Shown: positions 8,874 through 19,900, counted from the stretch's first letter. The stretch: 44,305 nucleotides of DNA from Gemmatimonadaceae bacterium (GCA_044224875.1 JBGAJQ010000044.1:1-44305); one strand, 5' to 3'. The notes: generated by a model not told the origin, from the sequence alone. Translations and numbers: made by a program.

Positions 8874-10064
8874 TTACCAGGCAGCTTGTGGCTGCACCCC
8901 TTGGTCGCGTGGTGCCGTTGCAGCCGTCGGGACACGACCAGACCCCAGGGCAAGAATGGTCGCGGCAGCGACCAGCACGCCCATGGCGGCGGTCAGCGAC
9001 GTGGCGTGGGCAATACTCCCGACGATCGGCGGCCCGACCATGAAGCCGACATACCCGATCGAGGAAACCGCGGCGATGGCGGCGGAGCGGCTCACGCCCT
9101 GAACGCGCGTTGCCGCGTTGTACAGGATCGGCACGATGGTCGCCAACCCAATGCCAACGATCGCAAAGCCCAGGAGGGCCACCCACGCCCTCCCGACGAG
9201 AAGAACGATCAACATGGCTGCCGCCGCGACCGATGGCCCCAGACGCAGCATGGCGCGTTCCGACATGCGGGCTCGCACGTAGTCGCCGGTGAAGCGCATG
9301 CCAGCCGTGGCCCCCGCAAACGCGACGTAGCCCAACGCGGCACTTTCCTGCGGAGCGTGCAATTCCTGCTGGACGTACAGCACGCTCCAGTTGTACATGA
9401 CGCCTTCGGCCATCATCCCGCACAGGGTGAGCAGGCCGATGATCAAGAGCGTCCCGCGGGGCCAGGCAAAGTGCGCCTGAGCCGTCTCCACGGCGGGGTG
9501 CTGCGGCAGCATGCCCCGGGTGGCGATCGATATGCCAGCTGCAACAGCCAGCGCCACCGCCAGCAATTGCACGGGGGCCGTGAGGTGCATCCGCAGCATC
9601 AACGCGGCCGCCGCCGATCCCGCCATTGCCCCAAGCGAGAACATCCCGTGAAACCCACTCATCACCTCGCGCTTGCTCAACACCTCCAGCGTGGTCCCCT
9701 CGGCGTTGATCGCCACGTCGTACACGCTTTCGCCGCCGCCCATCAGCAACATGATCGGGAGAAGGAACCACGCACCCGGCAGGTGCAGGCACGCCGCGAA
9801 TGCGGTGGTGAAGCAGATGCCGGCCAGCCACGTGGTGGCGCGCACCCCCAGTCGCGCGACCGTGCGGCCTGCAAAGGCAAGCGTCAGGAGCGATCCGACG
9901 CTACTGGCAAGGAGCACACCGGCGAGGGATCGTTCGTCCAGACTGTACGTCGCCTTGACCGAGGGTACATGCACGCCCCAGACGCCGCCAACGAACCCGA
10001 GGTGAAAGAACTGGGCGCGCGTGGCCCAGCGGGCGCGCGAGAGTACCGGTCGTTCAGGGGCCAC
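8874..10064 (-). CDS. MFS transporter
   Basis: About 12 hydrophobic segments; DVAIN.EG, MSGFHGMFSLG, EGVMYNWS, RFTGD, IGYVGFMVGPPIVG. Confidence 0.88.
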   Translation of the reverse strand: MAPERPVLSRARWATRAQFFHLGFVGGVWGVHVPSVKATYSLDERSLAGVLLASSVGSLLTLAFAGRTVARLGVRATTWLAGICFTTAFAACLHLPGAWFLLPIMLLMGGGESVYDVAINAEGTTLEVLSKREVMSGFHGMFSLGAMAGSAAAALMLRMHLTAPVQLLAVALAVAAGISIATRGMLPQHPAVETAQAHFAWPRGTLLIIGLLTLCGMMAEGVMYNWSVLYVQQELHAPQESAALGYVAFAGATAGMRFTGDYVRARMSERAMLRLGPSVAAAAMLIVLLVGRAWVALLGFAIVGIGLATIVPILYNAATRVQGVSRSAAIAAVSSIGYVGFMVGPPIVGSIAHATSLTAAMGVLVAAATILALGSGRVPTAATAPRDQGVQPQAAW

Positions 10065-10083
10065 GGGCGTGCGGTCCCTCGGG

Positions 10084-10989
10084 CTAGTTAGGCACGGCGG
10101 TGGTATCGGCCAGCTTGCGGAGGATCTCCTCGTAGTACGGCTTCTCGCGCAACGACGCCCGTGAGCCGGGGAAGTAGACGAGGCTCAGGGAGGCACCGGC
10201 GCTGTTCATGTCCGTGAGCACCAACGCCACGCGCTGGTCGTTTGACAGTCGGGTGTTGTCGATCATGGGCGTACTGAAGAACCCGAGCGGGAAGTCCACG
10301 GCGTTGCGGCTGGCGGCCTTGGCGTCGACACTCGCCTGCTTGGGCGTCTCGATTTCCAGGTTCACCTTGAGTTCGAGCCGGTCAGTGTCGGCGCCGGCGA
10401 TGGTAACGCGGAAGCGGCGCTTGATGCCGTCCAACGTCAACTCCACGTCTTCCAATTGTTGCGACTTGGTCCCGGCAATCAAGGAATCGTCAAGTATCAA
10501 GGTCCAGTCGAACCGCTGCCCGCCGGACTCCAGCACGATCATCTGCTTGCGCGTGACCTCACGCGCCAGCTCGCTCAACCGAGTCTCGTAGTTGCGGCGT
10601 GCATCGCGCGACAGACCCGAGGCGTTGATCTCCCGCCGGATGTGCTCGAACAGCGGAACCAGGTTCAACGCTTCGTGAAAGTTCTGCGCCAGCAGCTCCA
10701 TCTTCAGCAGCTTGGTCTCGAGCGACGTGGAGCCGGCATCGAAGAACGAACCGATGATCGACTGGAACATCTCCTTCCGTAAGGTGGCCTCCGACTCCTC
10801 GCGGCGTGTCATCAGTTCGCTGTACAGCCGCAACTTTGCCTCGTTGCTCTGCTGCTTCTCCAGCGTGCGCGACCCGATGAAGCCCAGGCTGGCGACGGCG
10901 ATGGCCGTCAATAGGCCACCGATCGGGGACAAGAGGATCTGCAACTTGTCCCAGAAGTCCTTGTGATCGCCCTTCGCCAGTTCGCTCAC
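10084..10989 (-). CDS. Hypothetical protein with an N-terminal membrane anchor and a helical/coiled-coil region
   Basis: 301-aa ORF with GC-rich codon bias; one hydrophobic helix (LLSPIGGLLTAIAVASLGFIG); 3 nt from the upstream gene and 19 nt from the MFS gene. Confidence 0.75.
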   Translation of the reverse strand: MSELAKGDHKDFWDKLQILLSPIGGLLTAIAVASLGFIGSRTLEKQQSNEAKLRLYSELMTRREESEATLRKEMFQSIIGSFFDAGSTSLETKLLKMELLAQNFHEALNLVPLFEHIRREINASGLSRDARRNYETRLSELAREVTRKQMIVLESGGQRFDWTLILDDSLIAGTKSQQLEDVELTLDGIKRRFRVTIAGADTDRLELKVNLEIETPKQASVDAKAASRNAVDFPLGFFSTPMIDNTRLSNDQRVALVLTDMNSAGASLSLVYFPGSRASLREKPYYEEILRKLADTTAVPN

Positions 10990-10992
10990 GGC

Positions 10993-11310
10993 CTAGACTC
11001 GCTTGAGGACGTACCCACCATCCTTCGGCTCCAACATGAAGCGGTAGCGGGCGGGCTTGTCAAAGACCACCACGTCCACCGACACCGTCTTGGTCTCGTA
11101 CGTGACGCTGAACGTGCACTTGCCGTTGGTCTTCGCCGCCAGGCGGAACGAGCCCGCTTGATCGGTCTTCCCCTTGACGACTTCGTCGCCGCAGGTCAGT
11201 TGTACTGGGGTGTCGGCTACGTATTTGTCGCCCAGCCGCAGGTCACCAAAGACTTCGCCAAGTGGCGCCGTCCAGGTCATGGCGGCCAGCGCAAGGATGA
11301 GTCGTGTCAT
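10993..11310 (-). CDS. Small secreted beta-rich protein (possibly carboxypeptidase regulatory-like fold)
   Basis: SD GGAGG; signal-like N-terminus; GEVFGDL, KTDQAGSFRL motif; two Cys. Confidence 0.7.
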   Translation of the reverse strand: MTRLILALAAMTWTAPLGEVFGDLRLGDKYVADTPVQLTCGDEVVKGKTDQAGSFRLAAKTNGKCTFSVTYETKTVSVDVVVFDKPARYRFMLEPKDGGYVLKRV

Positions 11311-11361
11311 GTGCAGTTCCTCCGATCAAAAATCCAATACCACATAATGTAGCGGGGCCAG

Positions 11362-11862
11362 ATGATGAATCGACTGCCTGATCGTCCTTTCGTGCTCGTG
11401 CTGGCGTTGGCACTCCTTTGCCTTCCCGTGTCGCAGGGGCGTGCCCAGAGCGCTGCCGAGCGGGAGATCCTCGCCTCCGTAGACTCCCTGTTTTCGGCCA
11501 TGGCTCGGCGGGATGCCGCGGCGGCGCGCGCCATTATGGTGCCGGGCGCCGTCTTCTACTCCGCGATCGACAGCGGAGGTCCGGCCAACCCTCGCACGCA
11601 GGTGGATTCAGCCTTTGTGCGATCGCTCACCACGGGAACAGGCGCATTGCTCGAGCGCTATTGGTCGCCGACCGTGTCGATCTCTGGTCCACTGGCGCAG
11701 GTCTGGGCGCCCTACGACTTCCATCGCGACGGCGTGTTCTCACATTGCGGCGTCGATGTTTTCAGTCTGTTGCGTACGCCGGCTGGTTGGCGCATTGCAG
11801 CGATCACCTACACGGTGAAGCGGACTGGCTGCGCACCAAGTCCGCTGGGGAGTCCAAGATAG
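11362..11862 (+). CDS. Secreted NTF2/SnoaL-like protein
   Basis: Signal peptide ending RAQ; VDSLFSAMARRD, LAQVWAPYDF.RDGVFSHCGVDVFSL, GWRIAAITYT. Confidence 0.8.
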   Translation: MMNRLPDRPFVLVLALALLCLPVSQGRAQSAAEREILASVDSLFSAMARRDAAAARAIMVPGAVFYSAIDSGGPANPRTQVDSAFVRSLTTGTGALLERYWSPTVSISGPLAQVWAPYDFHRDGVFSHCGVDVFSLLRTPAGWRIAAITYTVKRTGCAPSPLGSPR

Positions 11863-11928
11863 TCGCGTTAGGCGGCCCGGTGGCGCACTCCTCGCGCTTC
11901 CACGGACGCGCGCCCTGGCGGGTGTGAC

Positions 11929-13887
11929 CTAGCGAGACATACTGGCACGCATGCCGACGGAGACTACGCGGCCGGGCGCAGGGAACTTCGCGACTTCAGC
12001 ATACTGGGCATCGAACACATTCTCCGCGCGGAGCACCAGGGTGGCCGTCCGGCCACCGCCGAAGGGGAGCGCAATCTGTGCCCCGACGTCGGCACGGTTG
12101 TACGCCGGCAGCTCAATGGCATTGGCCGGGTAGTTTGAAAAGTCGCGGTCATCACGAACGCCGACGTGCAGAACAGACGCATCCAGCGAGATGCGATGTG
12201 TCGCCTGAACCACCACGGAGAAGGTACCCGTCTGTGGCGGTCGACGCAGCAAGCGCTGGCCCGCCACAAAGGTCGCCCCCGCGCCCGAGTCGAACCCTGC
12301 ATCCTCAACGCGTGAGCGGAGCAAGGTGGTATTCGCCGCCAGTTGCAGCCGATCGAGCGGATGCCACTTCAGCTCCAACTCCAGCCCGCGTGCCGACGCG
12401 GCGGCGACGTTGTAGTAGTTCAGCGAAAGGTGGCTCTGGTAGGTGTACTGGATGAGGTCACGAAAGCGCTGGTCGAACCAGGTCGCCGCAACGGCGATGC
12501 GGCCGTCGGCGGCACTTTGCGACAACCCGAACTCCGTGCTCCGCGATCGTTCAGGGGCCAGGTCCTGATTGCCAATGGAGTACGCGGTGTTGAATTGCTC
12601 GAGAAAAGTCGGTGCCTTGAAGGCGTTGCCGACACTCCCCCGCAGCCGCGCGCCGTGCCAAAGCCCCAGCGACGCTCCAACACGCGCTGTACGGAACGTG
12701 CCGAACATGGAGTTGACGTCCCAGCGTGTCCCGAGGGTGTACTGCAGACGCCCCTCTCCCGCCTCGCCCACCCACTGCAGATACGCGGCACGCGTGGAAC
12801 GGTCGGCGCGGAAGGTGCTGGGGCTGCTCGAAAAGTTGGAGCTGTCGCGAAGACTCTGGGACTCCGTGCTCCACTCCGCGCCCACTGTTGCGACGCCGCG
12901 TGACGAGGCAAGAAGCTGCACACGCGTCTCCGCCACGCGTCGCCTGATACCTCCGTTGCTCCGGTAGGCGTAGAATCCGAGGGTGTCGGCTGCGTCGTCA
13001 GGCGCATCGTTTGTGGCACCCCGGGCGTTCATCGCCGACAAGGTGAGTTCGGCGCGAACCAGCCGCCCGACGCGCTGTGACGCTTCCAGCGACACGGCCG
13101 TTCGCCGGTCGGCACGGAACGCGTTGCGATCGACGACGGCTCCGGCGCCATCCGTCGGATAGTGATAGGTGTCGTCGTATGAGCGGCTGCTCATGGCTAG
13201 TTGTGTGCCCGATTGGCCGGCAAAGGCCACACGGCCGCTATACACACTCACGTCGTAAGCATTGTTGAACGGAAGAATCCCGTTGGTATAGCGACGGGTG
13301 ATGCCACCGGTGGCAGCCCACGGTCCGCTGCGCGTGCCTGCCGAGACGGATCCTTCGCGGCCGCGATACGAGCTGGCGCCGACCGTCGTCTCCAGCTGCA
13401 AACGCGAGCTGGCGCGTCGCGTAAAGACCTGCACCACACCCGTCACAGCGTCCGAACCGTACAGCACACTCGCTGGGCCGCGCACCACCTCGATGCGATC
13501 GACGTCGTCCATGGTGAACGACGCCAGGTCCACTGCGCCGCCGGGATCGTTCATCGGCACTCCATCCACCAGCACCCGGACGAAGTCGTTCTCTCCACCA
13601 CGGAGAAAGAGCGACGTCTGTGTTCCCGGGCCACCGCCTCGCACCATGGCAATACCGGGGACCCATCGCAAGGCGTCGGCAACGCTGGTGACCCCTCGGT
13701 CGCGCAGCTCCGCGCCACTCAACACCGAGACCGATGCGATGCCACTGCCTAACGGCGAGTCCACGCGCGTGGCGGTGATGACCACGCCCGGAAGCCTCGT
13801 GGAATCGGTCTGGGCACGGGCAGTGGCCGGCAGAAGCGCACTCAGGGCAAGCAGGGTCGTACGAGAAATCGCAGTCATCGAATCCAC
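11929..13887 (-). CDS. btuB: TonB-dependent receptor, cobalamin BtuB-like
   Basis: Signal peptide, VVITATR TonB-box region, plug (LFLRGGE...VLVDGVPMN, IEVVRGPASVLYGSDAVTGVVQVFT), FKAPT, LAPERS, LLRRP, ENVFD. Last gene of a B12-riboswitch operon. Start is GTG 13887 or ATG 13878. Confidence 0.85.
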   Translation of the reverse strand: MDSMTAISRTTLLALSALLPATARAQTDSTRLPGVVITATRVDSPLGSGIASVSVLSGAELRDRGVTSVADALRWVPGIAMVRGGGPGTQTSLFLRGGENDFVRVLVDGVPMNDPGGAVDLASFTMDDVDRIEVVRGPASVLYGSDAVTGVVQVFTRRASSRLQLETTVGASSYRGREGSVSAGTRSGPWAATGGITRRYTNGILPFNNAYDVSVYSGRVAFAGQSGTQLAMSSRSYDDTYHYPTDGAGAVVDRNAFRADRRTAVSLEASQRVGRLVRAELTLSAMNARGATNDAPDDAADTLGFYAYRSNGGIRRRVAETRVQLLASSRGVATVGAEWSTESQSLRDSSNFSSSPSTFRADRSTRAAYLQWVGEAGEGRLQYTLGTRWDVNSMFGTFRTARVGASLGLWHGARLRGSVGNAFKAPTFLEQFNTAYSIGNQDLAPERSRSTEFGLSQSAADGRIAVAATWFDQRFRDLIQYTYQSHLSLNYYNVAAASARGLELELKWHPLDRLQLAANTTLLRSRVEDAGFDSGAGATFVAGQRLLRRPPQTGTFSVVVQATHRISLDASVLHVGVRDDRDFSNYPANAIELPAYNRADVGAQIALPFGGGRTATLVLRAENVFDAQYAEVAKFPAPGRVVSVGMRASMSR

Positions 13888-13900
13888 AAAGCGGTGGAAG

Positions 13901-14698
13901 TCAGAAAGGGAACGGGCGGGAGCCCGGTCGTCTCAGGGGCACGAGGGTGGGCGCGCCGATCACGGGGTCACGCGCCACCATAAGGGGGTACTCGTAGACA
14001 GACTCCAGCACGTCGGCGCGCATGACGTCAGTGGGCGCACCCATCGCGACCACCCGGCCGGCTTTCATCAGCGCCACCTGCTGCGCAAATCGCGCCACGA
14101 GGTTCAGCTGGTGACTGATCACGAGGATGCAGCGACCGGCAGCAGCCAGGCTGGCCATCAGCTCAAACGCCTCCATCTCGTGCCCGATGTCGAGCGCGGA
14201 GGTGGGTTCGTCCAACACCATGGTGCGCGCGCCTTGAACCAGCGCGCGTGCTACGCGGACACGCTGCCATTCGCCCCCGGACAGCGCGTCCGTGCTGCGC
14301 CCGAGAAACGCCTCGATCCCCGCCGACGCCGCCGCGATTCGCAGCGCGTCGTCGCGGTCCGGCTGCTTCCCCCACGCGCCAAGCTCCGGATAACGTCCCA
14401 AGGCGATGTACTCGGACACGCGCATGGGGAACGCGGGTTCCTCACGCTGAGCGACCACCGCCACACGGCGGGCGACTTCGCGTCGCGTCAAGCTCGTCAT
14501 GGGGTCTCCATCCAGCTCGATCGATCCGCCGCCGAGCGCGACGCGGCCAAGGAGCGCGCGCACGAGCGTGCTCTTGCCTGACCCATTCGGCCCCACGATG
14601 GCCGTCAGCTGCCCATCGGCAGCTTCAACCGATACGCCGTCGACCGCTGGGGCCACGGCTCGCGGGTAGCGGACGACAGTGCCCACGAAGCGAATCAT
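13901..14698 (-). CDS. btuD: ABC transporter ATP-binding subunit (BtuD/FecE type)
   Basis: Walker A GPNGSGKST, signature LSGGEWQRV, Walker B VLDEPTSALD, ISHQLNL. Confidence 0.88.
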   Translation of the reverse strand: MIRFVGTVVRYPRAVAPAVDGVSVEAADGQLTAIVGPNGSGKSTLVRALLGRVALGGGSIELDGDPMTSLTRREVARRVAVVAQREEPAFPMRVSEYIALGRYPELGAWGKQPDRDDALRIAAASAGIEAFLGRSTDALSGGEWQRVRVARALVQGARTMVLDEPTSALDIGHEMEAFELMASLAAAGRCILVISHQLNLVARFAQQVALMKAGRVVAMGAPTDVMRADVLESVYEYPLMVARDPVIGAPTLVPLRRPGSRPFPF

Positions 14699-15690
14699 AG
14701 GGATCGCTTGAGCACGATGAGGAAAAACGGCACCCCTAGCACCGCCGTCACCGCACCCAGCGGGAGCTCACTCGGCGCTTGCACCGTTCGCGCCGCCAGG
14801 TCGGCCAGAATCACCAACGTACCGCCGGCGAGCGCCGACAAGGCGAAGATCGCTCGGTGCCGAGCCGCGGTGATCGCGCGCGCCACATGCGGGACAATAA
14901 GCCCCACGAACCCCACCAGTCCGGCCGTCGCCACGGTCGCAGCAGCCAGCACGGAGGCGACGATGAACACGCGGCGCGCCGAGCGGTCGGGATCGACGCC
15001 AAGCGATGCTGCCGCGTCGTGCCCCAGTGCCAACACATCCACCTCGCGCCCCAGATGCAACAGCGCAGCCCCCGCCACCAGCAGCGAGCCCGCCATCCAA
15101 CGAACGGCGCTCCAGTCCGCGGCCGAGGCGGAGCCCATCATCCACCACAGCGCATTACGCAGCGTACCGCCGGAGGCATTGGCCAGGAGAATCATGATGG
15201 CGGCGTTCGCAAAGGCGCCCACGACGACGCCGGCCATCAACAGCACCCGCGGGTCGCCACCGCTCCCCGAGGTGCCGGCGGCACGCGCAACGGCCAGGAC
15301 CAGCGACACAGCACCTAACGCCCCGACGAAGGCGGCGACCGACAGCACTCCACCGCCCGATGCGCCCAAGGTCACGGCGAGCACGGCACCGACCGCTGCG
15401 CCACCCGACACACCAAGGAGGTATGGCTCGGCGAGTGCATTCCGCATCGTGGCCTGCAGTGCCGCTCCGCTCATCCCCAAGCCGGCGCCTACTAGCAGTG
15501 TGAGAAGCACACGAGGCAGGCGCACATCGCGCACGATGGCGATCGCCCCAGGATCCCCTCCCTGGCCGGAGAGCGCCGGCCAGATGACGCCTAACGGGAT
15601 ATTCACGGCGCCAAAGACTAGGCCGGCCACGGCGCTCACCACCAGGGCGACTGACAGCAGCAGAACGAGCACCGGCGCGCGCCGGTTCAC
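14695..15690 (-). CDS. btuC: ABC transporter permease (BtuC/FecCD family)
   Basis: VRLPRVLL, GAALQATMRNALAEPYLLGVSGGA, LALGHDAAASLGV, GLVGFVGLIVPH, ELPLGAVTAVLGVPFF. GTG 15690 overlaps the upstream TGA. Confidence 0.88.
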   Translation of the reverse strand: MNRRAPVLVLLLSVALVVSAVAGLVFGAVNIPLGVIWPALSGQGGDPGAIAIVRDVRLPRVLLTLLVGAGLGMSGAALQATMRNALAEPYLLGVSGGAAVGAVLAVTLGASGGGVLSVAAFVGALGAVSLVLAVARAAGTSGSGGDPRVLLMAGVVVGAFANAAIMILLANASGGTLRNALWWMMGSASAADWSAVRWMAGSLLVAGAALLHLGREVDVLALGHDAAASLGVDPDRSARRVFIVASVLAAATVATAGLVGFVGLIVPHVARAITAARHRAIFALSALAGGTLVILADLAARTVQAPSELPLGAVTAVLGVPFFLIVLKRSL

Positions 15691-16610
15691 GGAATGGCTC
15701 CCGGATGGAAGAGGCGCGCCAACGAGACCGCGGCTTCGCCAAGCCGTACCGCGGGCTTGGCCACCAATACGGTGTCCATGAGCAGGAGGCGTCCGTCGCG
15801 CACCGCCTTCAGCGCTTGCCACCGTGGGTCGGCCCGGAGGGCCTGAAAGGTGCGGGGGCCACCGAGCACCACATCGGGGTTGCGCCTGACGAGTTCCTCG
15901 AACGAAATCTGCGGCGATGGCGCCTGGAGGTCGGCGAACACATTGTCGGCCCCGGCAATGCCAACCAGTTCGGTCAGGAAGCTGCCGCCCCCGATCGTGA
16001 GGAGAGGGTTCTGCCACGCCAGCATGAACACCTTCACGCGCGGAAGACCGCTCGTGGCCTTGCGGACCCGATCCAGCGTGGCCAGCACCGAGTCCGTCAC
16101 CTGCCGCGCGCGATCCTCCCGGTGGGTGATGCGACCGATCAGCGCGGTGACCCGTTGGAACTGCGCGACCCGGTCGATGCGCAGTGTCACGACGTGGATG
16201 CCCGCGGAACGGAGCGCGCGCCCGGCATCGCGATTTTCCTCGCTGGCGTAGAGGAAGACCAGCGTCGGACGCGCCGCGAGAATGGCCTCCACGTTGGGAC
16301 GGATCCCATCGCCGATGTCGGGAACGGCCCGCGACGAATCGGTGGCAATGTCCCAGTGTGTTCGACCGACGAGTTGTGGCCCGAGGCCCAGGGCAAACAC
16401 GATCTCGGTGATGGACGGATCGAGCGAAACGATGCGCGCCGTCCCCAGCGAATCGGAGACCAGGATGGGGTCGCCGAAATCGTCGCGCTCAGTGACCGCG
16501 CGTTCAGGAGTCTTGGGCGAGGCGCACGCCGCCGCCAGCAGCAACGTCATGATGCTGCGCCGTGTTGGCTTCCTCCCCGTCCCACTCCCTACCGGAAAAA
16601 CAAAACGCAC
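15687..16610 (-). CDS. btuF: Cobalamin-binding lipoprotein (BtuF / helical-backbone metal receptor)
   Basis: Lipobox LLAAAC, RDDFG, RIVSLDPSITEIVFALG, PNVEAILAARPTLV, TIGGGSFLTELV.IAG..NVF. SD GGAGA before GTG 16610; alternative start ATG 16550. Confidence 0.85.
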   Translation of the reverse strand: MRFVFPVGSGTGRKPTRRSIMTLLLAAACASPKTPERAVTERDDFGDPILVSDSLGTARIVSLDPSITEIVFALGLGPQLVGRTHWDIATDSSRAVPDIGDGIRPNVEAILAARPTLVFLYASEENRDAGRALRSAGIHVVTLRIDRVAQFQRVTALIGRITHREDRARQVTDSVLATLDRVRKATSGLPRVKVFMLAWQNPLLTIGGGSFLTELVGIAGADNVFADLQAPSPQISFEELVRRNPDVVLGGPRTFQALRADPRWQALKAVRDGRLLLMDTVLVAKPAVRLGEAAVSLARLFHPGAIP

Positions 16611-16686
16611 GCGCTTCTCCACGAATGGACGGGAGAGAACTCGTGCGCCAACACGCCGCGCCGGACGGCACGTGTGTCGCCACCAG

Positions 16687-16866
16687 ACCTCCCCCGAGGT
16701 GCTGACGTGTGGCACACACGAGGGTCGTCTCCTGGCTCCGGACCTTCATCCCACACCTTCCCAGCCAACAGGCCAGTGGTGCCGTGGAACGTGATCGCTG
16801 ACGATCAGTCCGTTACAGTGGCGGGGCCGCACCGGCATTGCACCGGTTTCCGTGGCCCTCGTGTGT
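16687..16866 (-). ncRNA. Cobalamin riboswitch
   Basis: Minus strand reads ACACACGAGGG..CGGAAACCGGTGCAATGCCGGTGCGGCCCCGCCACTGTAACG...CACTGG...CTGGGAAGG...GGAGCCAGGAGACGACCCTCGTGTGT. The B12 box and an 11-bp P1 are present. The downstream hairpin ACCTC-GGGG-GAGGT can pair with the CCCC loop. Lies upstream of btuFCDB. Confidence 0.93.
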
Positions 16867-16884
16867 CGATTCGATTGTGCAGCG

Positions 16885-16914
16885 AGTATAGCGTCGCGCG
16901 GACCTCCACGTCAA
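16885..16914 (-). promoter_or_regulatory. Sigma70-like promoter for the riboswitch-btu operon
   Basis: Minus strand TTGACG - 18 nt - TATACT, ending about 20 nt before the riboswitch P1. Confidence 0.7.
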
Positions 16915-16931
16915 CACGACGCCTCGCCAGA

Positions 16932-19900
16932 TCAGGGACGTGGTGGGTCGATTGGCTTGAGATGTGTTCCGCTTCCCAGCGCATTCGCGCGTCGCATCAG
17001 TTCGGCGAACGCTCCGGTCAGCAGGTTGTTCAGTGTGGCCACGTCCTCGCCCAACTGAGTCCCCAGCGCACGCAGCTCGCGCTGTTGAGATTCCGTGGGC
17101 GCCGCCGTGGCCGCCTGCAGGGACCCATCGAGGTCGAGATAGCGGAACTTGGGCCCGCCAAATCCTGGTCGGAACTTCGTGCCTAACGAATCGAGGCGCG
17201 TGCCCACGTCCTTCAGGAGCGTGGCCAGTGAGTCACGAGCGGCCGGCCGAGCCTTGGTCACGCTGTCCACCCGTGCCCGCTCCTTCGACATCCCATCCCA
17301 GAGCGTCGTGGCCGCCACAAACGTACGCAGCAGGTCCTGCAAGCGCATCTCGGTGGTGTGGCGCGCCGCCAATGCCTCTCGCGAGGCAGTCACGCGCGCA
17401 TCGGAGCTGACAGCTACGGTTTGGGTCTTCCTTTGCCCGCGGGCCTCCAGCGTGACGGTGTAGGTGCCGGGCAGCACCCACGGTCCCTTGGGCACTCCAA
17501 ACCACCCTTCATCGTCGTCGGTCACGCCGTCCACGCGTGCGTAGCGAAGGTCCCACGCCAGTCGATGCACGCCGCGACCAGCCGGTCCGGTCAGCGTCCG
17601 AACGTTGCTCCCGGCGGCGTCGGCAATCGTGAGCCTGACGACGGTGTCACCGGCGCTCGCCGCCGTACGCAGGGCGTAGGTGATGACCGCTCCCTCTGCA
17701 GGATTCGGCGCGGCAAAGGTGCGAGAACCAGGAGACGGCAGCATGCGCATCTGATAACGCTGCGCGGCCGGCGCAATCGGCGCGATCGTGACCTCCGGGG
17801 CGGTCGACGCGAGCGGATCCCCCGCCTCGAAGATCCGGGCATCGTCCAGCACGATGATGCTGCGACCGTGGGTTCCGAGGATCAAGTCGTTGGTTCGCTC
17901 ATTGAACACGACGTCGTCCACACGCACGCGCGGCACGTTTGACGTGACGAGGCGCCAGTGGCGGCCGCCATCGAACGTCACATAGACCCCGAACTCCGTC
18001 CCGGCAACGAGCAGGTCGCGATTTCGCGGATGCTCGGCGAACGACTTCACCGGATTCCCGTTAGGCAGGTCGCCGGCGATCGACGTCCACGTGGCGCCGC
18101 CGTCGGCGGTGCGAAAGAGATTGGGCGCCATGTCGTCGTCGGCATGACCGTCGAACGCGACGTAGGCGATGCTCGCACTGGACGTCGACCACGTCACGCG
18201 GCTCACCCAACGAGGCGTCGGAAGGTGGAAACGATCCGTGATGTTCTGCCACGTCTTCCCCGCGTCGCGGGTGAGCTGCACCTGCCCATCGTCGGTTCCA
18301 ACCAGCAGCACGCCCGCCCCATGGGGCGACTCGGCGATCGTGGTGATCGTGCCATAGGTGTCGACGCCGTCGTCCCGCGACATCGTGGTCGAATCGCGGA
18401 CCACGCCCATGATCGGCAATTTTTTCCAGTCCAGCTTGCGGGTCAGGTCGGGCGAAGCCTCCTCCCAGGACATGCCGTTGTCACGCGTCCTGAACAACTT
18501 GTTCCCGCCGAAGTAGACGATTCCTGGATCGTGCGGCGAGCGCAGTTGCGGGGAATTCCAGTTGAAACGGTACTCCTCCTTCGGATCGTTAGGTACCGGG
18601 CGAATGCCCTGTTCCTCGCGAGTCTCCAGGTCCACACGATAGGCGCGGCCGTTCTGGGAGTTAGCGAAGACATACCGCGGGTTTCGACGGTCGGCCGTAG
18701 CGTAGAATCCATCGCCGTAGGCCGTGTTCACGGCGTCGGCATTCGTGATGCCAAGGAGGCTGGTGGTGCGCGATGGTATGCCCCACGAGCCATTGTCCTG
18801 CGTGCCGCCGAAGATCCAGTACGGTTCGCGCTCGTCGATGTCCACGTCGTAGAACTGGCCGATGGGGAGGTTGTTGATGTAGTCCCAGTTCTTCGCGCCG
18901 TCGTACGAGAAGTACAGGCCCCCGTCGTTCCCCAGCAGCATGTGGTCGGAGTCGTTCGGATCGATCCACAAGGCGTGATGATCCACGTGGATGCGATCGC
19001 CGGTGTGTTCGGTGGTGAACGTTTTCCCTCCGTCGACCGACTTGTGCAGGTTGGAGGCGACGACCCAAACCCGATCGGGATGACGGGGATCCACGCGGAG
19101 CTGGGAGTAGTACATCGGGCGCGGGTCCAGCGAGTTCATTTTTCGCCATGACACCCCGCGGTCATCGGAGCGAAAGACGCCCCCCTGGCGATTCTCGACG
19201 ATGGCATAGACGCGGTCTGGCTCACTGGGTGCGATCGCCAACCCGATCCGGCCGCTCGGACCAGTGGGAAGTCCCCTCGTCAGCTTCTCCCACGAGTCGC
19301 CACCATCCAGGGACCGGTAGATCGCACTCCCCGGACCACTGCCCACGAAGCCGAATCCCCGTCGCTGTCGTTGGTACGTCGCCGCGTAGAGCGTGCGTCC
19401 GTCGGCGTCCAACGCGACGTCGACCACACCCGTATTGTCATCCACGAACAGCACCCGCTGCCAGGACTTTCCGGTATCGCGCGTGCGGTAGAGTCCTCGT
19501 TCCCCGTTAGGCCCCCACAGATGCCCCAGCGCTGCCACGAACACGGTATTGGGGTCGCGTGGGTGAATGACGATGCGGCCGATATGGTGCGATTCGCGCA
19601 GGCCCATATGCGTCCACGTCTCGCCGCCGTCGAGCGAGCGATACACACCATCGCCCCAGGTCGAACTCTGTCGCGAATTCGGCTCGCCGGTGCCCACCCA
19701 GACGATGTTCTGGTCCGAGGGAGCGATCGCGACATCGCCGATCGAGACCGAACCCCCGAATCGATCGAACACAGGGTTCCAGCTGACGCCGTTGTTGGTA
19801 GTGCGAAAGAGCCCGCCGCCGGCGGAGCCGACGTAGATGGTGCCAGGATGCGATGGCACGGCTTCGATGTCGTCGATTCGGCCACCAAAAGCGGCCGGAC

